Assembly (NCBI GenBank): GCA_905331295.1
Contig: CAJNYD010000041.1
Span: forward strand, 1-55,286
From: Rotaria socialis
Lineage: Eukaryota
Length of the DNA: 55,286 nt
Reading direction: 5' to 3'
In this document: piece by piece, positions 1 through 17,748 of the stretch
Position numbering within the stretch: the stretch's first letter is position 1
How the letters are laid out: the number at the start of each line of letters is the position of its first letter
Notes under the pieces: model-generated
Seen by the model: only the letters and a program-made list of their open reading frames with translations
What the model was told of the DNA's origin: nothing
Database searches by the model: none
Program-made: the position numbers and the translations under genes

Positions 1-130
1 AAACATCAGAAGGTTTGGACAAACCCTCTTCGAGATATGAATCTCTCAAAATATAGACAATTTTCTATAGAAGCTGTATACTTGAGGCATCTATATTTCG
101 AAGAGGGTTTGTCCAAACCTTCTGATGTTT
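1..130. mobile_element. Centre of a palindromic (foldback/MITE-like) element running off the left edge of the window
   Basis: 1-33 (aaacatcagaaggtttggacaaaccctcttcga) is the reverse complement of 98-130, with weaker symmetry inside. The right arm may continue to about 425, but the termini cannot be paired within the window. Confidence 0.6.
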
Positions 131-1982
131 TTTTCTATAAGCTAGTCTCTTTGAGACCTTCATGCATACAAAGTTTCAGGTTCAAATTCGAGAATATGAT
201 ATTGCTGGGAAACTCGGTCCTGTAAAGAAAATCCACTGAAAAATCGAATATCTCCATAAGGGTACGCCAACAGCCGCTAATATTTTAACCATGTTAGTTT
301 CATGATGAGAGCTTTCATTTGACATAAAAAACTTCAACGTTTTTGCTTATCATCTGAAACACCTCCATTGTTTGAACAAAGCACCATTTTTGATCGACAC
401 GATAACATTAGAACTCCACTATTTTCAGCTTAATTATTTTCTCAATTCCAATTTTATTTTGTTGTAAGACTCCATAAATATCAAAGCACTCTTGAAGTGT
501 CACTTAGTACAAGTTCCACGCGTATAGCCTCTCGTCTTTTACGCTGACATATTGGAAAAAGCAAGAAATTCTTTGTCATCGTATAATTATAGAAATAAAA
601 GCTTATCTCATCATAGTCCTTGGTTTCATTAAAACTAAACTATTAGTATGGCCTCTACCACGTACACTTCATGACAACAACAACAACAACAACAACAACA
701 ACGTTAAATAAGAATCCTTCAATTCGACTTGTACAACTTATTTATTTGGTAGTTTCTCTAGCACGCCTAACTGATTACTGTGGTATCTTCAAAAAGCAGC
801 TATATCGTAGAGAATGCTTAAGGAAATGTTTTCTTCCTAAGTACAAATATCTATTGCTTAAAGAGTGTTTTGGAATCGTAAAATATTTCGACAATCTTCA
901 GTTGCTACGGATGATATGAGATGTTTGATGAAAGCTGTTTGTCGTCGATTTAGATAGATAAGAAAAACTTTCGCTTCTAGATTGAAAGGCGTACTGTGCT
1001 ATATTTTCTTGCCCACGACTAAACTCTCTTTCTAATAACAATGGAAACACTGCATGTGTGCTTGTCATCAAGGATGAGATAAAGTTGAAGACGAAGAGCT
1101 ATCTAAACAATGCGTTATTATGATCACAATTTTCTTCTTCGCCCTTAGCGTCAGCTGTTTCGATCAACAACACGTAGTAATTTGTTGAAGTTCACGATGA
1201 TAGGACATTGCACTAAGGATGATGTTATGGTTCAGATCTGTTTGCACTTCATTCAATGCATCAATTTTACAATAAGGATCATCATTAACGACACAATAGA
1301 TTCGTTTGATCTTTCAGATGTTATTCGATTGTAGATCCACCGGTTTCTACCGCATCTTCATGACCTTCACCAAATCACTCATATCATATTTCAACTATTA
1401 TGAGATTTAGAATATAATAGTGTCAGAAAACAAAATATAATATAGTACCGGCTTCGGTGGAGACAAAAACAAGTTTTTCTTTTCTATCAATCAACAGAAA
1501 ATAAGTTTCATCAGAATTCTGATTCTATCATAACATCTAAACAATGATGAAATCTTATACAAATCTAGAGTATTGCTTAGACTATTCGTGCGTGTAAACA
1601 TGTACAGAATACCGCATTGAACTCGCTGAAAATAAAGTATGACAGAGTTATTCTAACTGTTTTTAGTATTCTGTAAGTTTCCAATATTTTCTTGGATAAT
1701 TAAAGCAAACAAAGACAAGTCATTTTGTTATAATTATTATTTTACATTAGACTGATTTATTTAAATTTGATTGTCCAAAACAAGAAAAATAGATTACATC
1801 CCTGTTTCAAATCATTTACATACAAAAGTGCTATGTGTGATTTAAGAGACAATATTCGCATAACATCGAAAAATAGATTTGCGCACTACATTTTTCTAAA
1901 CAAACAGAATTACAAACAAAATATATTCTTAAATTTTCTCTAAAGAATCCCCAATTGAAACAAAAAGAAATACTTAAGAGTT

Positions 1983-3104
1983 TTATTTATAAAAAGCTTC
2001 TCGACCAGGCCCATGATTTTTTCCTTGTCTTGTATTAAAGTTATTCATTGTTATCACTACAATTCCATTTTGATTATTTCGTTTGCGCATATTTGACTTT
2101 GATGTAAACAATTTTATTGGTGTTTTTTGATGTCTGGTTGAATAAACATACATTTGTTCTGTAGTAGCTGTTGAACGTTTGTGCCATTTTTCAAATATTC
2201 CAGCACAAAAAATTTTCTGAAAAAAATCAATCAATTCTACGCGAAAACGTGAACATGAAAAAATGAAAGCTAAAAAATTAGATGCATGATGAAAATGAAG
2301 AAGAATATTTGTCAATACATGTATGATATATTGTTGTCCAGCAAAATTCTTCGATATTGCTAAATAAATTGAATGTATTGTTGAAGGTGTTACAGTTAAA
2401 ACAAAACATATAGATGACGTTACAAGCATTCCTGTTAATTGTCGTTGTTTACTTGATAAATTTAATGTTTCATTAAAATTATTATATGATGTACGTTGAA
2501 AACGTGATGCATGATAAAGACATTTTATAATAATAATATTACAAATAATACAAACTGGAACTGTTAACCAATATGTTAATGCTGATCGTATACATTCCCA
2601 TGCTACACGATGAAATTTTGGTTTAAACACACAAATTGAACGAATAGGCATTGTTTGATTAGTACTATAGGTATACTCTATATTCATGTGTTTTGCATAA
2701 TGACTAAATATAATTAATGATATGATAAATAATATTATGACAAATATATATGCTTTTTTCCGACTCGTTAACCGTGATATATGACATGGATTAAATACCA
2801 GTGAACACCGTTCCAAATTTATAAAACAAATAATCCAAACAGATAGAAGACGAAATACATCCAGAAAAAAGAAAACACCACAATCGTATGATGTTACTGG
2901 TGAATACATTTTTCCGATAACTTGAAAACTAAGTAAACATAACACCATGCTGTCAGCAATACATAGACCGGAGATGAATGCTGACGATGATGTTTTACGA
3001 AAGAAACATCGATTGACAATAATGAATGTTAGTATGTTTCCTGCACATCCAAACGCTGTTAGACATATTAGAGATATATTTCGAATACGATCGAGTAGAA
3101 GCAT
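1983..3104 (-). CDS. Class A (rhodopsin-like) GPCR, neuropeptide/FMRFamide-receptor-like
   Basis: 373-aa ORF with 7 hydrophobic segments: TM1 GN, TM2 LCIAD, TM3 ERC (DRY variant), TM7 HASNF followed by helix-8 SRFR. The ATG directly follows a tttcag acceptor-like site, so an upstream exon is possible. Confidence 0.9.
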   Translation of the reverse strand: MLLLDRIRNISLICLTAFGCAGNILTFIIVNRCFFRKTSSSAFISGLCIADSMVLCLLSFQVIGKMYSPVTSYDCGVFFFLDVFRLLSVWIICFINLERCSLVFNPCHISRLTSRKKAYIFVIILFIISLIIFSHYAKHMNIEYTYSTNQTMPIRSICVFKPKFHRVAWECIRSALTYWLTVPVCIICNIIIIKCLYHASRFQRTSYNNFNETLNLSSKQRQLTGMLVTSSICFVLTVTPSTIHSIYLAISKNFAGQQYIIHVLTNILLHFHHASNFLAFIFSCSRFRVELIDFFQKIFCAGIFEKWHKRSTATTEQMYVYSTRHQKTPIKLFTSKSNMRKRNNQNGIVVITMNNFNTRQGKNHGPGREAFYK

Positions 3105-5275
3105 CTGAAATGATTAGATTCTCTAATATTTGTACTAATAATGAGAAAAACCGATGTATATATATATATGAGTGAATTGCGCTGACATTATACGGTTGCT
3201 CTGTGAACACGAAAAATCTTATAACTCAGCTTCTACTCAATCGATTTGGACAATTGTTTTGTTGAAATGCTCCATTCAGGTCGTCCTACTCACTAACAAT
3301 TATCGAGGCTTTTATTTGCATGGTAAGGATTTTTCAAGTATAAAAGATCATTACGAAAGCTATTCGACAGGATCTATCGACTGAAATTTCTTTTTATATC
3401 CTACAATTCTGACTGTATAAATAGATTTTTTTACAGAAGTTGGCAGCTCAGGTTCTCCTCTTTTTAACCATATAAAGTAATCTTAATTTCGATTTTAATT
3501 TCCTGGTCAAATCTTGCAAACATATGAAAACATACACTTTGACCTTTTTTTGTCACAACAGATTAAATTGTAACTACTAAAGACTACTTACAAGCTAACT
3601 CAAATTTCTTTTTTATGTTTGATAGAGCAAAGAGTGAGAAATACTTTGATAAAAAAATAAATTAAAAAAATGTTCACGATGAAACAAAAAAGTAAAAATA
3701 AAACAGATTGGTAGCTATTGCCGCACTAAATGTCACGACCGATTTCTTATTTTAACCTTTTGATTTTTCGCTAACTATAAGAGATTAATCAATGATTTTT
3801 TTTACCATTTTGACTGAGTATATGGTACATTTATGGTAAAAAGTTGAGCTGTTCACTAAGTGTCGTTCGCAAGAAAACAGCATTTTACTGAAAACATGTC
3901 ACAATAGATTTTTTTGTATTAAAATATCACAACAGATTAAAAAGATAGATATTCAGAGAAAATATGCTATTATTTCATCTTGTTTTACTTCTACCGACTC
4001 CTCTCGACTGAGAGACATTGTTAGACATTTCAATGTTATCGCGAAACAATATTAAAAAGAACTTAGCTATAAAGCGCGTTTCTAAAAAAAATATGCGTTT
4101 TTAATAATATCAATCGCATCACACTCTCGAAAATGCATGAATAATACATGCGAGTAAAATTCTGCGCATGCCTCTTGGATTCCCCGATTGAAAATGATTC
4201 GTTTCATATATGATAACCATGTAAAAACATTTTACTCATAATTTGTTTTTGTCAAGAAATTTCGAACCTTTCATATATTTTGAGATCTCAATTTTTTCTG
4301 AAATGAAAACCCTGACAGTGGGGAAAATAGTTGACTCATATACAACAAATAAGGCTCTATCGAATGCACGGGTCAAATCTATCCTCTGCTTATTTTTTTT
4401 TTCGATGTTTTTCTTCAAACCGTAAAATGTCAGCGCAATTCACTCATATATATATATATATATATAAACTGCTTATCTTTAACTTCACGTCAAAATAATC
4501 TAAGCATATAATTAATCTAATTTTCAAGACTCGTTACAGTTCATCCTGAGACGTAAAATTGCGTAGCCGTCGATCCCTCGATACTTAACAATATTCTTTT
4601 GCTACAACGCATTCCGAAAACGTCAGTTAAATAAAATACACTCCTTACTGTTGAATAAGCTTTACTACACATGCAGTGTTTTTCCTTTCTTCGTGATATT
4701 TGCTGTCAGCAGATATTACTGATATTTTTTCATCTAGCCGAAGATTTGTAGCGTACGATTCCTGATACAAAAGAAACATTTTGTAATTATTCCAATTGTG
4801 TACATGGCGCTGATACAACAAATGACATACAAGAAGAAGAAAAAGGAGAAAGAAAACTTAACTGTATACATGCATATACGCACATGCGAACACGAGTGAC
4901 AGAAAAGAGCTGCTATTGAATCTGCCTACTCGATTGAAATCTCATCAATAATTAATATTAACAAAAGAACAAGCATCAGATTTATTTTCGCTAATAAGAC
5001 TGATTTGCAAAATTTTATTTGTATAATATTAAATCATTCTACTCATCGGAGCAAACGAATAGAACATTACCGACTGTCGTTATATTTGTATTTATGACAT
5101 TACAACTCATCTCTTGTGAAAACTCTCGGTTTTCTTTTTCGATAATTTCTACTTTACATACTAATTCATGATTTGAAATTAGTACTTGCGCGATATTATT
5201 GACATTCATGATTAAAGTGGGCTTCCGAGTGTCCGCAGCTTTACCTAAACAAATGTCTCACTTCTAATCGATATA

Positions 5276-6702
5276 CAGTATGTAAAAGAATTATTCGGAC
5301 AGCCTACTACACGAATTTTGTTGAGTGAATTTCTGAGTGAAGGAAATATATTTTTCAAAACTCTGATTACATCATTCGATAGGTCATTATCTCTATTTTC
5401 TATTGCATAGAAAATAGTTTTTCCATAATGTAGTTTTCATAAAGCTTCGGAAGGTTTTCCAAGGAGCACTCGATTTTTCAAACAAAAAAGTTATTTGGAT
5501 ACTTGTATTGTTTTCTTTCTCACAGCTCTGTTTTGCATCGAAACATTTTGAATTACATAGCATCAGATAGAGAAAACATTTCTCTACACGCTGGTATGTA
5601 TAAAAATTGAAAAAGATGTTAAGATCATGCCGAAATGTTCTCGGTGCCGGAAACACCATAGGTTTTACAGAAAACCATCGTCTTTTGGCTTCACAAAAAT
5701 GAAAAAGCAAACTCAAAATATACCATCTGAAAAATAAAAAAACGCTGGTTCCAAATATGTCTTCGGTTTTTCGAAATTCTCGAATATTAAACGTAATAAT
5801 CATTTATTATGATTAACATTTTCTTCAGCACGTCTAATATTCTGAATTTTTAGACAACTAAATTGAAGTACAAAAGTATTTAAATTATTCAAGCTTGTAG
5901 AGAATTTAATTCTCTATAGGATGATGCGCTTGAATGTACGATAGCTATTTTCCTTAGACACGATGTTACACCTACCTATCCAATCACGTTCAATTTTGCT
6001 CAGTTTCATCCGTCGTTATCATCGTCATATATTATATCGAGAAAGGAACAGAACGAAAAACATTTGTTTTTCTTTCTTCTCAATAAATTCTATTTCTATG
6101 GATAGGTGTATATCATGTCTAAGGAAAACAGCTATCGGGCATTCAAACATCATCTTGTAGAGAATTTTATGTTCTATAAGTCTGTATATTTCACATCATT
6201 TTAAAAATACATTTAGTTGATTGAAAATTGAGAATATTAGATGAAGTGTATTGAATATGTAATTTGAATTATAAATTATTACACATAACATTGCAAAATT
6301 TTAAAAAAACCAAAAGACATATTTGGAACCAGCGTTTTTTCTCTTTTAGATGGTATATTTTGAGTTTGCTTTTCATTTTTGTGAAGTCAAAAGACGATGT
6401 TTTTCCGTATCAGATGCTACGTGATTCAAAATATTTCGATGAAAAACAGAGCTGTGAGAAAGAAAACAATACAAGTGTCCGAATAATTTTTTTGTTTGAA
6501 AAATCGAGTGCGCCTTGGAAAACCTTCCAAAATTTTTATGAAAACTACATTATGGAAAAACTATTTTCTATGCAATAGAAAATAGAGATAATGACCTATC
6601 GAATGATGTAATCAGAATTTTGAAAAGTATATTTTCTTCACTAAGAAATTCACTCAATGGAATTCGTGTAGTAGGATGTCCGAATAATTCTTTTACATAC
6701 TG
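5276..6702. mobile_element. Non-autonomous Tc1/mariner-like foldback element
   Basis: Termini CAGTATGTAAAAGAATTATTCGGACA ... TGTCCGAATAATTCTTTTACATACTG, flanked by TA on both sides. Inverted arms extend inward to about 5982 and 6098. No transposase is encoded. Confidence 0.9.
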
Positions 6703-9257
6703 TACGTACATACGATACAGAAGAAACAACAATTCTTTTTCTTCTACATTTGTTTTTGTTGTTGTCTCCTATTATTTGTCTTGTGCTCGATCATCTCAAC
6801 TAATACAATCAATTTAAAAGGCGTAGAAAGAAAAATGACATCTTGCTGATGTATGTAAATGTCCTTTTTATGTTTTGTTGATTTCATTATCAGTTAAATT
6901 AATCTAAAAATAGTAAACAAGATGGCAGCCCAGATCTTCATTTAATTAGAAAATGCGCACACCGCTGATGGAAAGATGCTATCTCTTCTTTATAAACATC
7001 TTATGCGCAAGATTACTCTCGAAGACGATGAATAAGTTTTCTTTTGATTGCAGTTTTCTATTCGAATAATATAGAACAACCCTATCATTTCTTGGTGACA
7101 TTTCAAAACCTTCTAGGAGAAAATCATCTAACATTTTTTCCCCTATAGACTATGATACTATGACAAACATCTGTATAATTACTAATTTATATGAGTTTAG
7201 TTCGACTTCTGAATACAATACTACGTTTGAAATGTGATCAAAAAAAGCCCTGTCATGACTAAATGTATATTAAAGAAATTGCTTTTCAATGGTCAGATCA
7301 ATAAAATTACTTAGATTGGTTTTCTTTCTTTCGAAAAAAAAACTATATTACAAAAGAATTCAAGACTATTAGTGACTATGTTTCTTCTAGTTCGTTGAAA
7401 CTTATTAATTGTGGAAGATTGCCTAAAGTTTTTACCGACCTCCTATTGTATCTTACTCAAGAAAAAGCATATGTTCTATTTTTAGAACTAATATATTAGC
7501 TGTTATTTTGCACTCTCGGAATTAGTTGTATAAGGTAGCTCTTAACCTGCATCGATTGATAGGAAAACATTTTTTCAGAATAATATTTTCCCATGAATGG
7601 AAACAATCGTTTTATCCTCCATAGACTTGACATGCATTGATTATTTAATGTAAATCAGCGCTTACAATATAGAAATCTATGAAAGAACTTTGGATGTTGA
7701 TTTAACAGCGACGTTTATAATTTCTTGTTTTTTTTCGGGTGTATAAGAACAATCAATAATGTAAATTTATTAAATATTGATTCAAAATATTCATCTAGGA
7801 ATTGCTTCCTTTATCAAATCTGATTTAAAAAAATATAAACTTTCAAGCATCCATGATTCGTGACACTAAAATACTACAATACTAAACAGTGAGTGACAAA
7901 ATTCTAATATGTTTGGTCGATAAAAAAAAAAGGTAAACATTTAAAGCTTGTATCAATCATCGATGCATTTAAAGTATACAGGTTGGCTGCAGAAAAACAT
8001 TTTCTCATCTTTTAATCACGAACTTAAAAGTATTTTTTTGACAGTGTATTCTTCTATGTAAATAATAATCCTCTTATCTTTATCTAGGTATCACAATTAG
8101 AGTTAGGGATTCGTAGAGCATTAACAAAAATTTTACTTTTGTTAATGGTTTTTCATGTATTAATCTAAATTATTTATTGTTAGTTTAAACTATGAATATT
8201 TCGTATTTTATTTGTCTTTGTTTCTGACAACATTCGGTATTGTACAAAAACGTTTTTGTAATCATTTAAACAAAAGCCAAAACATAAACTGAGATCAATT
8301 TTATCTAGATATTATTCTGTTATTTTTATCTATTTTTTTGTTTTTTGAAAATTCCCATCGAGATACGTTCAGAAGAGATCTGTAATTACTATTCAAAATG
8401 GTAGCATTATATTATCATAAGTAATAAACTGTCATAAGAATAAGAAAAATATATATTGCTGTTCGTTTTTTTTAATAATATCACATAGAAATCAGTCAGA
8501 AACAAGACAATAAAAAAATCTCTTTTCCGTTTGCTAATATTAAATATAGTAATTTTCTCGTCTTCCTTTCTCTAAGATTGCAATCAAAAGGCTTGCATGA
8601 AATGTTGCTTTGCCAGCAGAAGAATCGCTCTATTCAAGATTGAAATATCATTTTATCGAAGCAATATCAAAACTACTTATGTTACCATTGTTCAAACGAG
8701 AATAATTCTCTTTTTTTTGTGTATATATGGTATACAAATTGAACAAAAAAAAACAAAATACAAATGCAAAAAAAAAAGAAAAACTCAATTTTTTTTCTCT
8801 TTTTTCTTTTGTTTGTGTCTATCATACAGGAACAAGAGAGCATAAAAGATAGGAAAAAATGAGTGCATTATACAACTCCCCCCCCGTCATATACGAAAGT
8901 GCATCGATAAGAAATAAAAGGACATGGTGTGCTCGCAACAAAATAACAATCCTAAAATCGCCCGTCAGCATCATCATCATCTTATTGTCGTATCTTAATA
9001 AAAACAATAATCTTTTCATTCTTTGCTATACATACACACACACATATATATGATGAAAGAATAGAAGAAAGGAGAAAGGAAGAGATCTTCGTTGTTAGTT
9101 GTTTATCGACTGTAAAATAGTATTAGTTGCAGTAGGCCAGAAAAACCTTGAGCTGTATACATAGAGATACGCACAAAAAAAGAGAAGACATGATGGAGAG
9201 AAAGAGAAAAAAAGCCAAAAAAAAAACGAACGATAATGGGTAACAAACATCATCATA

Positions 9258-13379
<4,122 letters not shown>

Positions 13380-14341
13380 TCAATAATAACCAACCTTAGT
13401 AACAACAGCAGCAACATCGACAACAACGACGATGTCGGTGATGGCAAAAGGAGAATATTGAAAACGAACAAATGATAGGGGGTCACACAAAAGTGTTTTT
13501 GTTAATAGTAATTGTAGACGAAGAAAATGAGGATGAAGAAGGAGAAGAATAAGAAAATCGACGGTGCAACGATGTTTTTGTGACGAGTAATAATAGTGGT
13601 AATTTTCGATGTGTCGTCTTCACAAGTTGACTGATTCACAGCAAAACACGGCGATGCACAATGATGCTGCCATGCACGCTTAGGCTAGAATAAACTGAAT
13701 AAGTGAATAAGTGGATCGATAGAAGAAAACGGAAATCACATATAATACAGACACGCACACTATATTTTTTCTGCCTGAAAGACTAAATCTCAACCAAATC
13801 TTCCTGCTACTTATTAATTATTTTCTATAGTCATGACACGCTTATTTTTTTTCTTCTCATCTATAAACATCAATGTAGACAAAAAAAACATAGTATGAAT
13901 TACATGGTCTCAATCAGAATGACAAGAATATTTTAGTGTAAGCATTAGAGAAAAAAATCTATGAACTTAACGGATTTTCAGATCATACGCATAATTGCTT
14001 GTCGATTGTTGATACAGAGTTATTTTCCCCTCTCTGTCTCTCTCTACTACTACTACTGCTACTACTAAATAAGAAGACTATTGTGATGTCGATCTCAATA
14101 TTTTGTTTCTTTTACCGATTCAAAGAAAAACGTTAATACTCATATATCTATAATATTTGAAATTGCATCACACACGAGTGCGTGTGTTAAAAAGAGCTTA
14201 CTACAAACCTAGATAGAGGATGATCAGAAAGAAAACGAACAAGAAAGAGAAAGAAAGGCTTGGTAGTCTCAGGATTTTATGTCGCGCGTGCCTATTTATT
14301 TATTTTTGCTCTGGGTAATGCGAGCGTTATACACGTTGGAT

Positions 14342-14344
<3 letters not shown>

Positions 14345-14373
<29 letters not shown>
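14345..14373. repeat. (CT)n microsatellite upstream of junctophilin
   Basis: Seen directly. A (GAT)n run also lies at about 14818-14848. Confidence 0.9.
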
Positions 14374-14383
<10 letters not shown>

Positions 14384-14816
14384 CACACACACACATACAA
14401 GCAGCATATTTCAGGCAGCAGCAGGCAAAGAAAAAGAAAAAGACGAATACAAAGACGAAGAGAGGCACAGGGAGAAACAGAGCTGCAGGAAGAAGAATAC
14501 GGAAGGAATTGTCGTCAGTCGCTGTCGTCGTCTTCCTTAACTTATTGCACTATAGGCGTGCCGTATAAGACCGAGAAATAGTATGCATTGCGAAAAACGG
14601 GAAAAAAGACCAAAAAAAAAGAAGAGAAGTATTGAAAATACTAATCAACACGTCACATATATGAGAGGAATAAGAACGAACGACAATGAAAGAAGAAGAG
14701 ATCTCTATAATGCATATATAGCCATATATAACGATGATAGTAAGAGCAGAGAGCAGAACTACAACAATAATAATAATAAAAAAGAAAATAATAATAACAA
14801 CTACAGATGACGACGG

Positions 14817-14850
<34 letters not shown>

Positions 14851-16065
14851 ACTACTGTTGTTGATACAGCACGGTGATAACAGTACGATGGCATGGCGCT
14901 CTCAGAAAGAGAACGCGTCTCTTTTTCTTTCTCGTCATACTGCCTCCAGGAGAATATGTATAGCAGGATGACAAAACAGATAACTTGACATTCACCAAGC
15001 AAAAAATTCCCCTTGCGCCTTTTCCCTTGTTATTTCCTTCCAATCGATTTCTCTTTTTTTTGCGACGCCCTTCGTTCTTTTTCCCGTGTCTGTATACAGA
15101 TATATACCGCAACTCTTCTTATATGTGGTTAAAAAATAGACAGGAAAATCGTGTCATTTCTATTTGATGTACTACTTTAACACTCATCTATGTCATTGAC
15201 AAAAGAAAATGCATTTATGAACCAATCATTACTTCTTTCTTGAAGTACTATTGTTCGAGATGCATTGACGAAAAAATAAGAAAAAAAACTATTCCGATGC
15301 TTTATTTCTCTCTCTTTCTCTCTATCATACACGTCGTTAAGTCACCTGTTCGAAGTCTATGTATGTGTCATCATCATATTGCTATAAAAAGATAAAAAAC
15401 AGATTCATAGACAGAAACGACAATTTTTTGTCTTTCTACTTCTTTGGTTTACGCGAAAAGCAAAGCATTAGTATCAACAATATTCTCTTTTTTTCCCTAA
15501 CACAAGTCAAGGTTGGCCATTTGTAGTATAAGAAAGCCAGGCACATAATAAGTTGACCAAGGACAACGTATGGATCATTGATAAATGTGCGCTGAGCAAA
15601 TTCCATTAGCGTATATATCAACTACTTTTCAAGTCGCATATTGAAGGCGAATCTCGTACTAATAAGATATATGCTATATAGATTTACAAAGTCTATTGAC
15701 TTCATTGATAACTATATCCTTGAAAAAGGATTGGAATGTTCATTGTATGATATTTATTTTTAACATAACAGATAACTTGTTAAATGGTTCAAGACAAATA
15801 TGCAATGTAATGTGACAAGGTACAATACATAGCAAATAAAAAATCTTTGAACAAACAAGACAAGAAAAAAGATCAAGAAGGATACAATGCACTTCGGCTT
15901 TTTCTTTTACTTACTGCATGTTAATCTTACATTGAGAAGTTCAGGATCATTATCACTTCCTTGCACTGTCTCATCGTCTTCTCTCTCTTTCTTTTGTGTC
16001 ATACTATATATATGGTGTAAGCTCATACATATCCTAGACGAAAACGTTCTCGTTCATACTTCTAT

Positions 16066-16755
16066 ATGAATTCAATTGGGTTATCATTATTATTATTTTT
16101 ATTAACAGTTTCTCTGATAAAAATCATCAGCACAACAGCTCTATACTGTAATGAAGATATCAATGGTACTCGTCAGCTAATTGAAAATTGTCGTGCATGT
16201 GTTATTTTTATCGATAAAAAGATTGATACAATAGATTCACTGGGAAAAACCATTATCTATGATGAACTATCAATTAAAGAATTATCTTTATATGATGAAA
16301 AAAAGCTCCATCATCGTCATGCTGACACTATAATTCATCAGAAATGCGCCCGTGAACCCGATGGCCCACTGTATGGTTATGATCAAACACATTGCTATTG
16401 TAATTCAAACAGATGTAATTCAAATATCCAACAATGCATTTATGAAATAGTGTCAAAACGTTATTTTTCATGTTATCATGGTTCAAATGTAAGTCATGAT
16501 TCACTTGAAATCTATAAGAAATGTCGTAGTTGTCGTATACGACTCGAAACTGATTTAACGTATCATTACGAATGTTTAACATTTGGTGAACAAGAACAAA
16601 AAAATCTTACACATTGTACTTGTCAATATCCAATGTGTAATCAAAATTTAGCAATATGCCAACGTTTTCAACAAGACCCAACTTTATTACGAATTAATCC
16701 GATGCATAAAAGCGTGATTAATTCAACGCAGAGCATTTCTGCTAGTACCGGTACA

Positions 16756-16824
<69 letters not shown>

Positions 16825-17109
16825 TCAATAACTACAAGAACAATTATGAATACAACAATAAGTACTACAATAACATCATGGATCAGTAGTTTACCAGAAA
16901 TCGTAGCGACGTTATCAAATATCAACAAAGCTGATGAAGACATTTTGATTGAAAATGCAACATCGATTGAATTAACTTCAACACCATGTCATGAAACACA
17001 AGAGCCTAATATAACAGCTGTTGAAATGAAAAATTATGCTAATTATTTTTCATCAAATTTTTGTTATATTTCAAGTCTATTGTTATTATTTGTTTTCTTT
17101 TTTTATTAA
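16066..17109 (+). CDS. Secreted or probably GPI-anchored Cys-rich protein: two Ly6/uPAR (three-finger)-like modules and a Thr-rich mucin stalk
   Basis: Hydrophobic signal peptide; repeated C...CxxC...C...CxCxxxxCN pattern (CYCNSNRCN, CTCQYPMCN); poly-Thr encoded by an (ACG)n(ACA)n microsatellite; hydrophobic C-terminal tail with no cytoplasmic domain. Confidence 0.8.
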
Positions 17110-17748
17110 TTAGATGTGATCGTTAGAATTGTCTTTTAGACAGAATATCTATATTTATATTTAAACATTGAAAATGTGATCTACACGGAGCTTCAAATTG
17201 ATTGATCAATAGTGAAAGAATGAATGAATGATCCCTTGTTAAGCTAAGAATAGAATGTCAATAATCCTATATCTTTTCTCACTGTGCACCTTATGTCATT
17301 ACTAATCTCTTGTCGACTTTTTTATGCAAAGTTTAGAAACTAAACTGAAGTTATAATGTTGGATCGTTCCAATCAAAATAGTATTCGGATAAAAATGTAA
17401 TTGTAATTTTATTTGATAGAAATAGTTCAAGAGAAAAAATATTGACCATGATCAAAAATGTATTTTGATCTTCATAGTTCGAATTTTCTTATCAAGACAA
17501 AGTCAACAACATTTTTACACGACAACATCAATCGCCACATGGCGCCATCGTCTGTCTATATACATTAATTCATATCAGTATCCTTGACTCGAATGATGTC
17601 GCCAGGTAAAATGAGCATTTCTGTCGCATGCCTATGTGTCATTGTAACGGTTTTCCATTGACAATCTAGATCATAGAACATGATTAATGGCTTCTAATTC
17701 TCATAAAACTATTTTTCAATTAGAAACATACGCTATACGATAATAAAC

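Noticed and set aside
4122..4470. Possible CACT-ended transposon fragment
   Set aside because: No matching second terminus or TSD was found.
5393..6578. Two similar ORFs on opposite strands (5393-5803 and 6264-6578)
   Set aside because: They are mirror translations of the foldback element arms, with no transposase or other domain motifs.
14260..15167. Several overlapping short ORFs
   Set aside because: They arise from low-complexity microsatellite sequence in the junctophilin upstream region.
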